Shown here: piece after piece, positions 11,895 to 24,358 of the stretch
How positions within the stretch are numbered: position 1 is the first letter of the stretch
Layout: each line of letters opens with the position of its first letter
Assembly: GCF_006345805.1 (NCBI RefSeq)
Contig: NW_021832533.1
Location: 62,001 to 126,000, forward strand
DNA: 64,000 bases
Direction: 5' to 3'
From: Octopus sinensis
Taxonomy: Eukaryota
The notes under the pieces: generated by a model
Seen by the model: only the letters and a program-made list of their open reading frames with translations
What the model was told of the DNA's origin: nothing
Databases searched by the model: none
Position numbers and translations under genes: made by a program

Positions 11895-13125
11895 TTATGA
11901 AATATCATCAAGAATCACTCGTGTCTCCTCATATTTAGAATATCGAATCAAGCCATATCTAAATAACAAAAGACAACAGATAACTTTAAATAATCAAATT
12001 CAATTTTCGAAATGTAGGTCTGGACAAATGCCCAGATACTCCAAAACAGATGAGAAAGAGGGACACAGAGTTGAATATGCTCATACAACTTCTCCACCTC
12101 ATCAGCGGGGGGAGTCCACTGGTCAGACTCCTCACTGCTTCCCCGCAAGTATTCACCAACCCACCATTTCTGATATTCCGCAGATGGCAAGTCATCATAA
12201 TTGACGGAATCGATGCCTATTTTTAAAAATGACAAAAAACCAGCAAATTCGTTAAAATGATTTGCAATGTCGTATGCAATAAAATTGTGAAAAGAATACT
12301 CAAAATCAATAAACCGAATTGACGCTAAATAAATAAAATTATTATTTATTTATAATATAAATTAATTATATATTAACTTGAATTATAAATAATATTTCCG
12401 AATAACAAGTCGTTGTGGCAATATCCTGTTTTAAGGTCAATTTTCTCAAATTTAGTTCTCAGTACATTAATTTCAGACAATAAATGTTTTTTATCAACAT
12501 TTCCGTTATTAATACCTAAATATATATAAAAAAATGCTCACTAAAGTCCAAAGGCAGCATTTCTACAAATAAATGGATTCTGTCAAATATTTGAAAAGGC
12601 CACTCTTTTCCCGCTTGTTGCTGATGGAACAACGCCAAATGTCTACTAATTAACCTTTTGAGTTGAAATGTTCATTTAAACCTGGCAATCCACGTTTTGT
12701 CCATCATTTTCCTATCGACGGTAACTCCTGGGAGAAATTCGTAGACGAATCCGTTTTTAAAAGTGCAATAAATCTCAGGGCCTAAAGATAATTTGGCCAG
12801 AGAAGTCATTTTGGTAATTTCAGACTTTCTAGTTCGTCGACTAAAGAGAGAAAACCGGTCAAACATTGACTCAGTGCCCTCTCCGAATATTTTAATGAGG
12901 AATGCATCACGTGAATCAGTTGTGGATGTTATTTGAATTATTTTATTTGTAATTCCATTTTCTAAAAACTAAAATTAATTTAAATAAAAATTAAATTAAA
13001 ATACTTTTTGGCTGAAATTATCTAATGGGGTGTTTGGTCGGAGAGTCTGTATTATGGTATTTACACAGGTGGATATATTGCTGGCTGAGATAGAAAAATC
13101 TATGTTTTTTAGGCTAACAAAGTCA
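11895..13125 (-). CDS. ETNK: Ethanolamine kinase (choline/ethanolamine kinase family); start codon not resolved
   Basis: Spliced frame has ENGITNK, LIKIFGEGTE, YCTFKNGFVYEF, CHNDLLFGNI, IDFEYS, YDIANHFNEFAG and SHLFWSIWA. Confidence 0.85.
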
Positions 13126-13183
13126 TTTATAAAAAGAACGTGACACACATGAAATCTGGGTTATATTTTATTATAATTTTTAA

Positions 13184-15586
13184 GATTATAAAAATAAATT
13201 AAACGAAAATTAAAAATTAATTGATATCTCTCTTCTCTTAGGGAACTACTACTCCGTTGACCGGTCATGTCTTGACACCTCTCCTCTTCGTATTGCAGTA
13301 AGAAAGCAGACTCCTCTGGCAAGTCAACTGACACTCCCAGTTCTTCTCCTCTAGCGATAAGACTATCCGTTTCCTTCTCATTTGGTAGTTGTCGACCTTC
13401 ATGCCATGTTTGTATTCAACGACCATGCTCTCCAGGGTTTTCTTGATTGTCACTGATTGAATGTACGCCTTAGTCGGGACCTCTATATTCAACTTTTTCA
13501 TGTAGGACTTATAGAACTTGGTCACTACCCCATCCCATGTCAATACGACAGGGACTATCGTGACTTTTGCCTTGTGAATCTGTGCCAATTCTCCAGCAAG
13601 TAGATCATACTTGTGGAGTTTCTCTACTTCGACTTGCTTTAACCTGTCCTGGGATGTGACCCCGACTTCGATTATCGTTATCTCTCATTTTCATTTTATC
13701 AAGCACGAAAATGTCTGGCTTGTTGTTTTTAACTTCAATGTCGGTCTGCAACGTCATGTCTACTCGTATTTCAACACGACTATTTTCCACGACCGACTGG
13801 ACTGAGTGTGCTTTCAATTTCTTGCATTTCTTTATTCCGTACTGACGACAGACGTGTAGATGTATGCATCTGACAATTTCATTGTGTCTTCGCATGTATG
13901 ACCCGTGAAGCATTCTGCTACATCGAGTAGCTAGGTGATCCACGGTTTTTCTTGCCGAGCCGCAATGGTTACAATTAGGCTTTGCCTCTCCGAAAAACAA
14001 ATTGCGATCCTGGGCCAAGCAATATAGTGCCTCGGCCTTTGGGCCATTGTTCCCATTGGCTAGCCATACATTGGACTCCACGATATCAGCACTCGGTTCC
14101 TGAATGCATTTAAACAGCGTTGAATGTATCATCTTAGATTAATGGTGTCCATTAGTCTTTTCTTCTGGCACTCCTTAATAGGTTTACATCCAATTTTGAT
14201 TGTCTTCCAGATTGTACTTGAGAGCGAGAAATCTTGCAATCGTGGTCATATGTGTTTCTTTTCTCTCAAGACCCGCAAGATTCCTGCTCTTCTGAGGCAC
14301 AACGAGGCTTTTCTTTCAAGGTCGGAGAGAAATTGGAGCAGGATGCATTCGCTCTTATTGGAAATTGAGATTAAGCCTCTTCCAAAACCATTTCTGCCGA
14401 GAATAATCTTTCTTTATTAGCGGGCTTCAGATGGATTCGTAAAGTAGTTAGAATGCGACGAATTACCAGATCAATGGCATCAAACTCACTCGGTTCAATG
14501 TCGATCAATCCGATATAGTAGTTGTAGAGAGAGAGTGCATATTCGTTTATCGCTTTAAGAGGTTTACTGCACTTAACTTTGTTTTTGCAAGACTCTCGAT
14601 TCTCTCTTTCACGTTTCGAGCAATTGTTTTCATTACCTCGATTTTCTTGACATCACTTCCTCTATCCTCCAAGACTCCCAGGTATCGATACCCAGCACAC
14701 CCATCCAGACATTTTGTATTTTTCACATAGTCCAGGTTAGTCGCAGACTTTTCCGAGTTCCTCTTGAGGCCAACGGCATCAAAATATTCATCGACATCTT
14801 CCATCATTTTTAGACGGTGTCTCTTTCTCAGCAATTATTTTCAGGTCGTCAATAAACAACAAATGGTTTGTTGAATATGAAACCGTGAACGGGTCATTTT
14901 GACCTATACGCACCTTCGGGAACTTCATATTCAAGCTCCTACTTAACGGATCCATTACCAGAGTGAAGAGTTGTGGAGAGAGTGAGTCTCCTTGTAAGAT
15001 TCCTCTTTCCAATTTTACAGTTCCAATTCTCTTATTGTTAAGTGTCAAAATGACATTCCAATTTTTGATTAAAGTTTTCACAAAATTTGTGATCCAATTC
15101 GGAATTCCAGACTGATCAAGCACTTGACATAAGAATTCATGATTGACAGAATCAAATGCCTTTCTGACATCGATCCACGTTGCAAATAAGTTATTTCCAT
15201 ACTCACTATTGACACACACGGTTTATTAGTGCTTGTTCCTTTGCGCCTTGGCATTGCCTTCTAGCTCCCAGCTGATTATCCGAGATAAGGTTAACGCTTC
15301 GATATAGTCTGTAAGCTTTGTATTCACACATTAGTGACAAGTTTGTACAATATAAGCATGCAGGTAATCGGCCTTAAGTCATTTGGGGAATGGCACTTTT
15401 CATTTTTTGGAATGAGGTATGTTACTCCTGTGTAAAACCACTCAGCAGGGAATAGCCTCCGTTCACAATTTTAAGGATCTCATCGCACAAATGGCCATGA
15501 AGAGCTTCGAACTTTTTGATAAAAAATCCATAAACTCCGTCACAACCCCGGCTTTCCAATTGGGTACACACTGGATAACATTCTTG
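13184..15586 (-). mobile_element. 5'-truncated, frameshifted R4/Dong-like non-LTR retrotransposon (RT, CCHC, REL)
   Basis: RGILQGDSLSPQLF, FIDDLK, CNHCGSARKTVDHLATRC and NNKPDIFV. 11-bp TSD ATAATTTTTAA at 13173-13183 and 15587-15597. The empty paralogous site is near 17042. Confidence 0.85.
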
Positions 15587-16011
15587 ATAATTTTTAATAA
15601 AATTAAAAATATTAATAAATTGTTGGAATATTAATAAATAAATGATTAAGAAAGATATTTTTTAATAACGAGGGAACTGGTCGTAGATCATGAAAATCAT
15701 TCTGAAATAAAGCGACTCACATTTAGTAAGATTTATTTTTAAAAATAATTGATAAAATAACGAGTGCTTAATTCAATAATTCAACATTGATTTTATTTCC
15801 ATAGAGAAAAACCTAAACTATTTGTATTTAAAATAAATTAAATGTAATCCACTCTACTAAATTTATTCAAACATTCACCTATTTCAAAAATGATGCCGAT
15901 CTTCTACATCAGAATGAGTAAATAATACATTTAATATATCAACTTTAAGGAAAGATTATATGTAAAATAAATAAAAAACGTTATTAAAATTGAATTATCA
16001 ACTTTGGGGAA

Positions 16012-17001
16012 TTAGCACTTTTCTACTGAGTGAAATATTTCTTTCACAATTTTATAATTTTCAGACAGTAAATAAGCAATATGGTCCTTCAGACTACAAA
16101 CACTGCCAGAATGTGGGTAGATCGAGTAGAGAGGACTGTCAATCAACTCTACGCCCGCCTCCCCTCCACACAAGCCTGAAATATCCCAATAAAGAATACA
16201 ACCAGTGATGGCAATGTCCTCGATAAATATGAGCTTCCTGCCACCACATGTCTCCACAATGGCTCTTGCGGCAGGGAGTGTCATTATGTAGCAGTATCCG
16301 AAACAGTAAGGGGGGTAATAGTCATAGGGGTAGTCTTCGTATTTCATTGCCCTTATTTTAATGAGGAGTTGATAAAATACATTTTTGTCTCTTTCCGATG
16401 AACAAGAACGTCTCTTCTTATATTACAAAATAAATATTTTTCTTTTTTATTTTTATTAATTTTTGCAAGTTCAGTGAATAATTTTTTTGTGTTCAAATAA
16501 GTATCGTCGTCAATTTTAACAAAATAATCAACGTTTGGATACTTCTCCGTAACATATCTACAAAAACGGTCATTTCACCGACTTTATAACTCCCATGGAC
16601 TTGATTGACAAGTTCTTGTAGCCTTCCCAGTATTCTCCTATCACAATATCGTTGTATTGTCTCTGTTCTTGAAGGGTCTCGGCAATTTGTTTACTCTGGC
16701 CAATAAAAAATATTAATTTTGAGTTTATCAATTTCATTTGTTTGAGGTTTCCCCAGGAATTTCTGATAAAACGTCGGTTCTCCGCGTTTTTGGGAGCTAC
16801 GGAATAAATGGAATTACCGACCTGAGATCACTCCGATGATGATCGAAGGTTTGTGGGGACCGACGTCCTCAGAAAACTTAAAATGGAATTGAAAATGTGA
16901 TTCAAAAAATATGATAAATAAAATAACGAAAAATATAATCTGTAAAATAAAATATTTCAATTTACTGATATTTTAAAAATATTTTTTGGAGTTTTCACCA
17001 T
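16012..17001 (-). CDS. GT31 beta-1,3-glycosyltransferase (B3GALT-like), copy 1, intact
   Basis: Five introns of 25-29 nt give a continuous ORF: type II TM, VISAPKNAENRRFIRNSWG, YKNLSIKS, FVKIDDD (DxD), YPPYCFG, EDIAITG. Confidence 0.88.
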
Positions 17002-17134
17002 TTTAAACCTGACACACATGCTATCTGGGTTATATTTTATTATAATTTTTAATAAAATTAAAAATATTAATAAATTGTTGAAATATTAATAAATAAATGA
17101 TTAAGAAAGATATATTTTAATAACGAGGTAACTA

Positions 17135-18217
17135 TACCATTTACAAGTCAATTTTGCTGCTGAGAACATCATTTTTGCAATCTGGAAATTAAATTTGCAG
17201 TCAAGAATGTCAATTTTGCATGTAAGAAATCCGGTTTGCGGTTAGGAAAATCATTTTTGCAAATAGTAAATGAATTTTGCGACTGGGAAAATCGATTTTC
17301 CAATCAAGAAATTAAATTTGCGGTCATGAAAACCAATTTTGCAAGTGAGAAATTCTATTTTGCAAGAAATTTTTATGACAAAAAAGAATTGTCAGTTAAA
17401 TCTTCACATCGAATAACTGAGGAGTAATATCTCTCCACATGATTCGAGAATTCCATTAACTTTTGTGGAGTTAATATTTCTTTTGCCTCAATTGCAATCC
17501 TTTCCAAGATGCTCATTCTAAATTCGGTTATTGACAGTCCCTCTGCAGTTTTTTTATAATTTATAATTATATCCATATTTTCACGAATTCTTTTTTTTAC
17601 TTCAGCTTTGAATGAACTCCAAGCAAGTTCTATTGGGTTGATTAAATACGAATATGGCGCTAGTCTTAATAATTCACTATTTTTTCCTGGATTTATTACA
17701 GACTCAAGTTGACTGTGAATAGGAGCATTATCAATTACGAATGTTGGATGTGTAACTCCTGATGCATCACATTCATTAATAAGTTGCTTAAACCATGTTT
17801 TACAGGACTCCCCTGTATATGAGCCTCTTCCTTGTCTGTTTATGCAAATGTCTTCTGTACCATTTTCTTGTGAATTTTCGGAGGCTTCTCGATTTTGTGC
17901 CATTTTTAATTTAATTTTAAACGCAAAATACTTTATATATATTGTTTAAACGCATTAATGTTGCGTCAAGTTTATACAAAATGAATTTGCAAAATTGAAT
18001 TTCCTGCTAGCTAAAGTAATATTCCTACTAGCAAAATTGATTTTTCTAGCCGCAAATTTAATTTCCCACTTGCAAAACCGATTTTCATGACCGCAAATTA
18101 ATTTTCTTGATTGCAAAATTGACTTTCTTAACCGCAAAAATCATTTCTTACTTGCAGAAATGAGTTTACTGACCGCAAATTAAATTTCGTACATGCAAAA
18201 TAGAGTTGTAAATGGTA
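17135..18217 (-). mobile_element. IS630/Tc1-like DNA transposon, internally deleted, with phased subterminal arrays
   Basis: 12-bp TIR TACCATTTACAA and TA TSD. DDE_3-like fragment FVIDNAPIH...LAPYSYLINPIELAW (33 residues between D and E). Empty paralogous site near 15675. Confidence 0.85.
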
Positions 18218-18316
18218 TAGTCGTAGATCATAAAAATCATTCTGAAATAAATCGACTCACATTTAGTAAGATTTATTTTTAAAATAATTGATAAAATAAC
18301 GAGTGCTTAATTCAAT

Positions 18317-18320
<4 letters not shown>

Positions 18321-18354
<34 letters not shown>

Positions 18355-18448
18355 GAAGTTAATTTATTAAGACCGAAAATAGTTAAGTTCCAGCGGCGAG
18401 GACGCAGTGTGCGTTGCCCCGAACAATGGCCAGGCCGATGCGCTGGCG
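18321..18448 (-). mobile_element. 128-bp CRE-like retro-insertion with poly(A) tail
   Basis: Encodes RQRIGLAIVRGNAHCVLAAGT*, then AATAAA and about 31 A. 12-bp TSD AATTCAATAATT (18309-18320, 18449-18460). Empty site near 15770. Confidence 0.92.
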
Positions 18449-18663
18449 AATTCAATAATTCAACATTGATTTTATTTCCATAGAGAAAAACCTAAGCTAT
18501 TTGTAATTAAGAAATAAATGTAATCCACTCTACTAAATTTATTCAAACATTCACGTATTTCAAAAAGGATGCCGATTTTCTACATCAGACTGGAATAAAT
18601 GAGTAAATAATATATATATCTATTAAAAAACGTTATTAAAATTGAATTATCAACTTTGGGGAA

Positions 18664-19653
18664 TTAGCACTTTTCTACTGAGTGAAATATTTCTTTCATA
18701 ATTTTATAATTTTCAGACAGTAAATAAGCAATATAGTCCTTCAGACTACAAACACTGCCAGAATGTGGGTAGATCGAGTAGAGAGGACTGTCAATCAACT
18801 CTACGCCCGCCTCCCCTCCACACAAGCCTGAAATATCCCAATAAAGAATACAACCAGTGATGGCAATGTCCTCGATAAATATGAGCTTCCTGCCACCACA
18901 TGTCTCCACAATGGCTCTTGCGGCAGGGAGTGTCATTATGTAGCAGTATCCGAAACAGTAAGGGGGGTAATAGTCATAGGGGTAGTCTTCGTATTTCATT
19001 GCCCTTATTTTAATGAGGAGTTGATAAAATACATTTTTGTCTCTTTCCGATGAACAAGAACGTCTCTTCTTATATTACAAAATAAATATTTTTCTTTTTT
19101 ATTTTTATTAATTTTTGCAAGTTCAGTGAATAATTTTTTTGTGTTCAAATAAGTATCGTCGTCAATTTTAACAAAATAATCAACGTTTGGATACTTCTCC
19201 GTAACATATCTACAAAAACGGTCATTTCACCGACTTTATAACTCCCATGGACTTGATTGACAAGTTCTTGTAGCCTTCCCAGTATTCTCCTATCACAATA
19301 TCGTTATATTGTCTCCGCTCTTGAAGGGTCTCGGCAATTTGTTTACTCTGGCCAATAAAAAATATTAATTTTGATTTTATCAATTTCATATGTTTGAGGT
19401 TTCCCCAGGAATTTCTGATAAAACGTCGGTTTTCCGCGTTTTTGGGAGCTACGGAATAAATGGAATGACCGACCTGAGATCACTCCGATGATGATCGAAG
19501 GTTTGTGGGGACCGACGTCCTCAGAAAAGTCAAAATGAAATTGGAGATATGATTCAAAAATTATGATAAATAAAATAACGAAAAATATAATCTGTAAGAT
19601 TAAATATTTCAATTTACTGATGTTTTAAAAATATTTTTTGGAGTTTTCATCAT
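18664..19653 (-). CDS. GT31 beta-1,3-glycosyltransferase, copy 2, intact
   Basis: Same 990-nt span and intron layout as copy 1, with a few substitutions. Confidence 0.88.
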
Positions 19654-19895
19654 TTCAAATTAGTTGTAAATTCTCATAGATTTAAAAAGTTTATTTTTTA
19701 GATATATTATGTAAAATAATATTTAGATAGATTTTATTCAATTTTATGCTCCCGTGGGACGATTGGCCCTAACTGGTTGATTTCCTCAGGGAAATTTTAT
19801 TTTTCATTAATCTTTACTTAATAAAAAATAATCAATGAAATTGTATTAAAAATTATTTAATTCATATAATTAATTAAATTTAATTTAAAATTTAA

Positions 19896-20369
19896 ATGTT
19901 TTATGGCTCTTTTATGCGGTCAACCTTAATTGAAACTCCATTATATGAATACGAGGTTCATCCTGGTGATACATTAAATCGAATTGCAGCAATGCACAAA
20001 ACAACTGTATTCACCACACTATCCCTATTAACAGCCCGATGTAATAAGACGACTTAACAATCTGAGTTACTTGTCCAACACCCTCATTGGAGTCAAGACG
20101 CTGTGGGTCCCTGAAACGGATTTTAATGGGCGGGAAAATGTCAGAGAAATTAAACCACGTGTTCGTACCAAGGATTTGTCTTTGGGACTTGACAGTAGTC
20201 TGGATCAGGCGAGGGAAGAATTGAGTGATATAAAACAGGGAAGGTTTGATTTTTGTTGTAAATAAGTTTGCTTAATCATGTGTCCACAGGAATAAAACAT
20301 GTTTCGAAAAAGTACCATCAGGTCTCTCCAAAAGCCAATTCTGATTTTACAGAGATTTTTCGTTTGTGA
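19896..20369 (+). CDS. Small LysM-domain protein (LYSMD-like), no signal peptide
   Basis: Introns 20007-20034 and 20244-20266 give YEVHPGDTLNRIAAMHKTTPDVIRRLNNL...TLWVP. Confidence 0.8.
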
Positions 20370-20564
20370 TATTTTTATTTATTAAATTTTTAATTATTTT
20401 GATTTAATAAATTTTATTTAATAAATTGCACATTGTGGTGAATTTTAATGTTTTTGTCTTCTACAATATAAATAAATATAGATTATAGGCTGATCAAACA
20501 TCAATTAGAGACATGAAAATATTATTTTGGAATAAATATGACATAAATTAGTATTAAATAAAAA

Positions 20565-20880
20565 TTAGTCACTTTTACTTTCGGTTTGAGATATTACTAA
20601 TATGAACTCTGAATAATATAGAAATCACATAACCCTCATAGTCAACGTAGCCATCTCCGTCGATGTCCGCTTCCTTCATCATATCCTCGACATCTTGGTC
20701 TGTTAAATCGTCTTTGACTGTCAGCAGAACATTTTTCAGTTCTTCTGAACTGATTTTACCATCCCCATTTCTGTCGATAAGTCTAAATAAAGTTCTGATT
20801 TCTTCATCAAAATTATTTTTCAACAACTTTTTGTACATTTGAGTTAAAATTTGTCGATTTTTCGTCGAATTGAATTTTTA
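20565..20880 (-). CDS. Calmodulin-like EF-hand protein (C-lobe pair); 5' end uncertain
   Basis: EEIRTLFRLIDRNGDGKISSEEL and EADIDGDGYVDYE|EF (25-nt intron). Confidence 0.75.
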
Positions 20881-22026
20881 AATCATTTTGGACAAAAAAT
20901 GTTCGTCATAATTTTTAAAGTTTATGTTTTATTACAATAATGTTCTTTTACTTATTCAATATGCATTTCTTACAAAATCTTAAACCACTTTTTAACTCTC
21001 TCAGTAAAAAAATCGACTAGCAAAGGGGACATCTGGACCACTTGGTGGAGACCATCAGTACTAGCGGAGACTGTCCACTAAGGAGCGAAGACCCACTAAA
21101 CTATTTTACAACTAAGCAATTAAGATTACTTGTTATAATTCTATTTATTATGGATAAACCCTCTATTTATTGCCATCAACTGGACTGACCAAAATACAAG
21201 TGTTAAAAAAAGAGGTGGTAATAAAGAAGGTCATAAAATTAATAATATTTTTCTTTTCAACTTAATATCTATATCCATCAACCATAAATTGAATTCTTTT
21301 GAAGTCTTTTACGAAGTTTGGTTGTATGAATATTTATAAAATGACAAATAATTGAAGTTTTTGGATTTTCTGGGTTTTTTGAATTTTCAGAATTTCAATT
21401 TTTTTGGTAAAAAAAGGAGAGTAGCAAATCATAGAGGTGGTAAATTAGAGAGGTTTGAATGTAACACTGAGAGACTGTGATTATTGACCTTACATTTTAT
21501 TAGTTTCCACATAGCCAAAGTACACGCTTTCTATTTTTTGTCATTGACGAATTAATAAAATAAATGACTGACACATTTTTGGAGAGTCAGTATTACCTTT
21601 TCCCTATCAAACTAAAAAACATTACAATCTAGGATAGACAAGACAGGATTGGGGTAAAGTCAAGAGCCAAAAATTTTATTGAGTGGATTTTACAAGATGG
21701 TTCTTGAAATCATTGTGATTTTATTGTCTTTCTGAGTCGACTGTTACAACGAGGAGTCCTGACAGTTTCTGTGTTGCTGGAAAAGTTTATTTCTGGGTTG
21801 TCAGGATACATTTAAAGTATAAAGACACTTGGTATAAATATTTGAAAAATATTTTTTTAATAAATTTTAATTGAAACGTGACGAGTACGAGAATTTGGTG
21901 AGCAATGGAATTTACTTAGTAAAAATGGCATTTTTACAAAAAAATGCTAAACAATAAAATTGACAAGCAATCGAGGTTAAACTGTGTATGATTATGTCAA
22001 ACTGGTGAATGAAAATGGTTACATTA

Positions 22027-22600
22027 TGTCGCGAGTCGAGAGAGAAACCGAACCCAGACTGAAACCCTGACAGCTTGCAATAAAATAATAATTCACGTTA
22101 ACATAATTATGTTAGCCTGATGGCCTAAAGGAGAATGTTTGTAAAAGATGATGCAGAGTACAATCTACTGAAATCCGTTCTTGAAGGTCGAAAGTTAAAA
22201 AATTCAGACCAAAAAGAAACTGAAAATGTTAGTCTTACACGGAAAGCAAAATCTGTGAAATACTAACTGACTTTACAAGCTCGTTACAGTTTTAACAAGC
22301 ACAGAAGAAATAAAAATCATTGCTCAAGAAATACACGAAACAATTTATTGTGGGCATAACAATTCATTGTGAAAGATTTGAGCAGACAATTTTAGGGGGT
22401 TATTAAAAATGATGGATTCGGATGACAAGAAAGAGTGGACAAAGCACATTCGAAAGGCTGTGTTTTTATACAATTGGTTGTATAGATTGTTTACAGTTAT
22501 AGGTTTTCGTTTGTTTCCCTTGTTATTCATTATCAGCCAAATCTGTATTAAACAAAATGAATTATATTTTTTATCTAAAATACACAATTGATAATATCTA
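22027..22600 (+). mobile_element. Decayed integrase-like (Ginger-type) remnant
   Basis: Starts TGTCGCGAG, like the TIR at 52377. Remnants IAQEIHETIYCGHN and WTKHIRKAVFLYN. The other end was not found. Confidence 0.4.
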
Positions 22601-22699
22601 TTTGTCTAAAAAATGCAAAACTATATTTTTATCCGAGCAATAAATCAATTTTTTATTTATTAAACTTCAAAAGTTATGTTTTTTACTTGGAATTCTCCT

Positions 22700-23130
22700 T
22701 GGTTAATGCATATCGTTTGGCATAATAGCAATCCTAAACATAATTAATCTTCGAAATGCGGACGATACCAAGTTTCTTTCAGAAACAGAAGATGGCTTGA
22801 GACAGTTAATAGTGTAAGTAAAGAAAAGTCCACATTTGGTCTTTTCCTAAATGTGGAAAAACCAAAATAATTGCAACTTAACTATCTGAAAAAATAAGAA
22901 TTGTTGTTAATAACGAGGAAATAGAATAGTGAAAGCAATATCTTTCTGTTTAGTTTGATAACTAGAGATAGTGGTTTTGTCTCAAAATCAATAGACGCAT
23001 AGCCTTGTGCAGAAATACGGTAATAAAACTGAATCGAATCTGGAATAGCAAGAATGTATGTCCAAAGACAAAGATAAGACTTATCAACGCGTTTGTGTTA
23101 CCAGTCTTCCTCTATGGTTATGAATCGTAG
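22700..23130 (+). mobile_element. Decayed RTE-like RT C-terminal fragment
   Basis: Corrupted LRxADDT motif, GLxLNVEKTK and FVLPVFLYGYES motifs. Confidence 0.6.
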
Positions 23131-23214
23131 GAATGGCATAGAAAAGAAAATATCGCTATCTGCGTTTATTATTAATATTATTAAGAGCACTTTCGAGAAA
23201 GCATAAAGTTAATT

Positions 23215-23483
23215 AAGTCTCCCTTGTGTCGTGTTCTGTAACATTCTCTTCGTTAGTCTCGATCAGGATTTTCTGTTGCGCGCGATATCTTTGAGATTGT
23301 CCAGGTCGTCCGCCGACTTTAGTCGCAGACCAACCGTCGAGAGATCCCCATTTAGGATGGTCGGAAGCGTCGTTCTTGGTCTACCACGGATTCCAGACTC
23401 CGCCTGCGCAAAGAAATAATCCATTGCAATCTTCGCTGGAACCAGGTCGTTTAAACGTAAAACATGGCCAAAAAACAAACTAA
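23215..23483 (-). mobile_element. RTE-like LINE 3' end fragment
   Basis: FFGHVLRL...GRPRTTLPTILNGDL. Confidence 0.6.
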
Positions 23484-23729
23484 ACTGCTACATAATGACA
23501 CTCCCTGCCGCAAGAGCCATTGTGGAGACATGTGGTGGCAGAAAGCTCATATTTATCGAGGACATTGCCATCACTGGTTATATGCTTTATTGGGATATTT
23601 CAGGCTTGTGTGGAGGGGAGGCGGGCGTAGAGTTGATTGACAGTCCTCTCTACTCGATCTACCCACATTCTGGCAGTGTTTGTAGTCTGAAGGACCATAT
23701 TGCTTATTTACTGTCTAAAAATTATAAAA
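23484..23729 (+). pseudogene. Dispersed GT31 gene fragment (last two exons with the intron retained)
   Basis: Near-identical to the reverse complement of about 16050-16300, including the 27-nt intron. Confidence 0.9.
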
Positions 23730-23789
23730 CATGGCTCGATCTGAAAATATCATCTGACGAGACACCGGATTTGCATTTATTATAAAGGT

Positions 23790-24155
23790 TTCATTGGCTG
23801 AAGCTTAAGCTATGGTTAATGGATCAACAGTCGTGGGTTCGTATCCGAAGAAGGCTAGTCAATTCTCGTTCCCATGTCCGTGCGGCAATGAGTACTTTTG
23901 GCACGACACAGTTGAAAAATAGGGATCTCTCACCTTCCTTCCGGTCTTAACGTGGCGTTATGGGGTCCATGTCAGTTGGAATTTCCAATCGGATATGCAA
24001 ACGCTCAGGAGGCACTTAATGCCTACCGAAAAAGGACTTCTAGAACTCTGACCCTGGGACATCGTCGTCTCAGTCCGATAAGCAGGATCGAACCTTTCAG
24101 AAGGATCTCCCTCGCTTGAATCGGGGATCACGGGGGATTATAATAAACTGGCTTA
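23790..24155 (+). mobile_element. Possible tRNA-derived SINE
   Basis: A-box-like TGGCTGAAG about 40 nt before B-box-like GGTTCGTATCC, then a GC-richer body ending ATAATAAA. No TSD found. Confidence 0.25.
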
Positions 24156-24358
24156 CCCTAGTCCTTTGGTCAATAAAGTAATTTTAAAAAAAAGTATTAG
24201 CCTTGCTATGGGCGCATTAAAAAATATCGGCTGTATGGAACCACAAAAAATCGGATTAAATACCAAGCTCAGTTTTGTCACCCCGGATCTTACTTATAAC
24301 TCATGGGAATCTCTAAACACGATATGGACCGTCTTAATTCTTTACACAGCTAAAATCT

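Noticed and set aside
17147-18205. Regular 20-21-bp arrays as CRISPR or satellite
   Set aside because: Eukaryotic context, degenerate cores, no cas genes, and mirror symmetry inside a TIR/TA-bounded transposon.
18319-18351. Long poly(T) as a gap or telomeric feature
   Set aside because: It is the poly(A) tail of a TSD-flanked retro-insertion.
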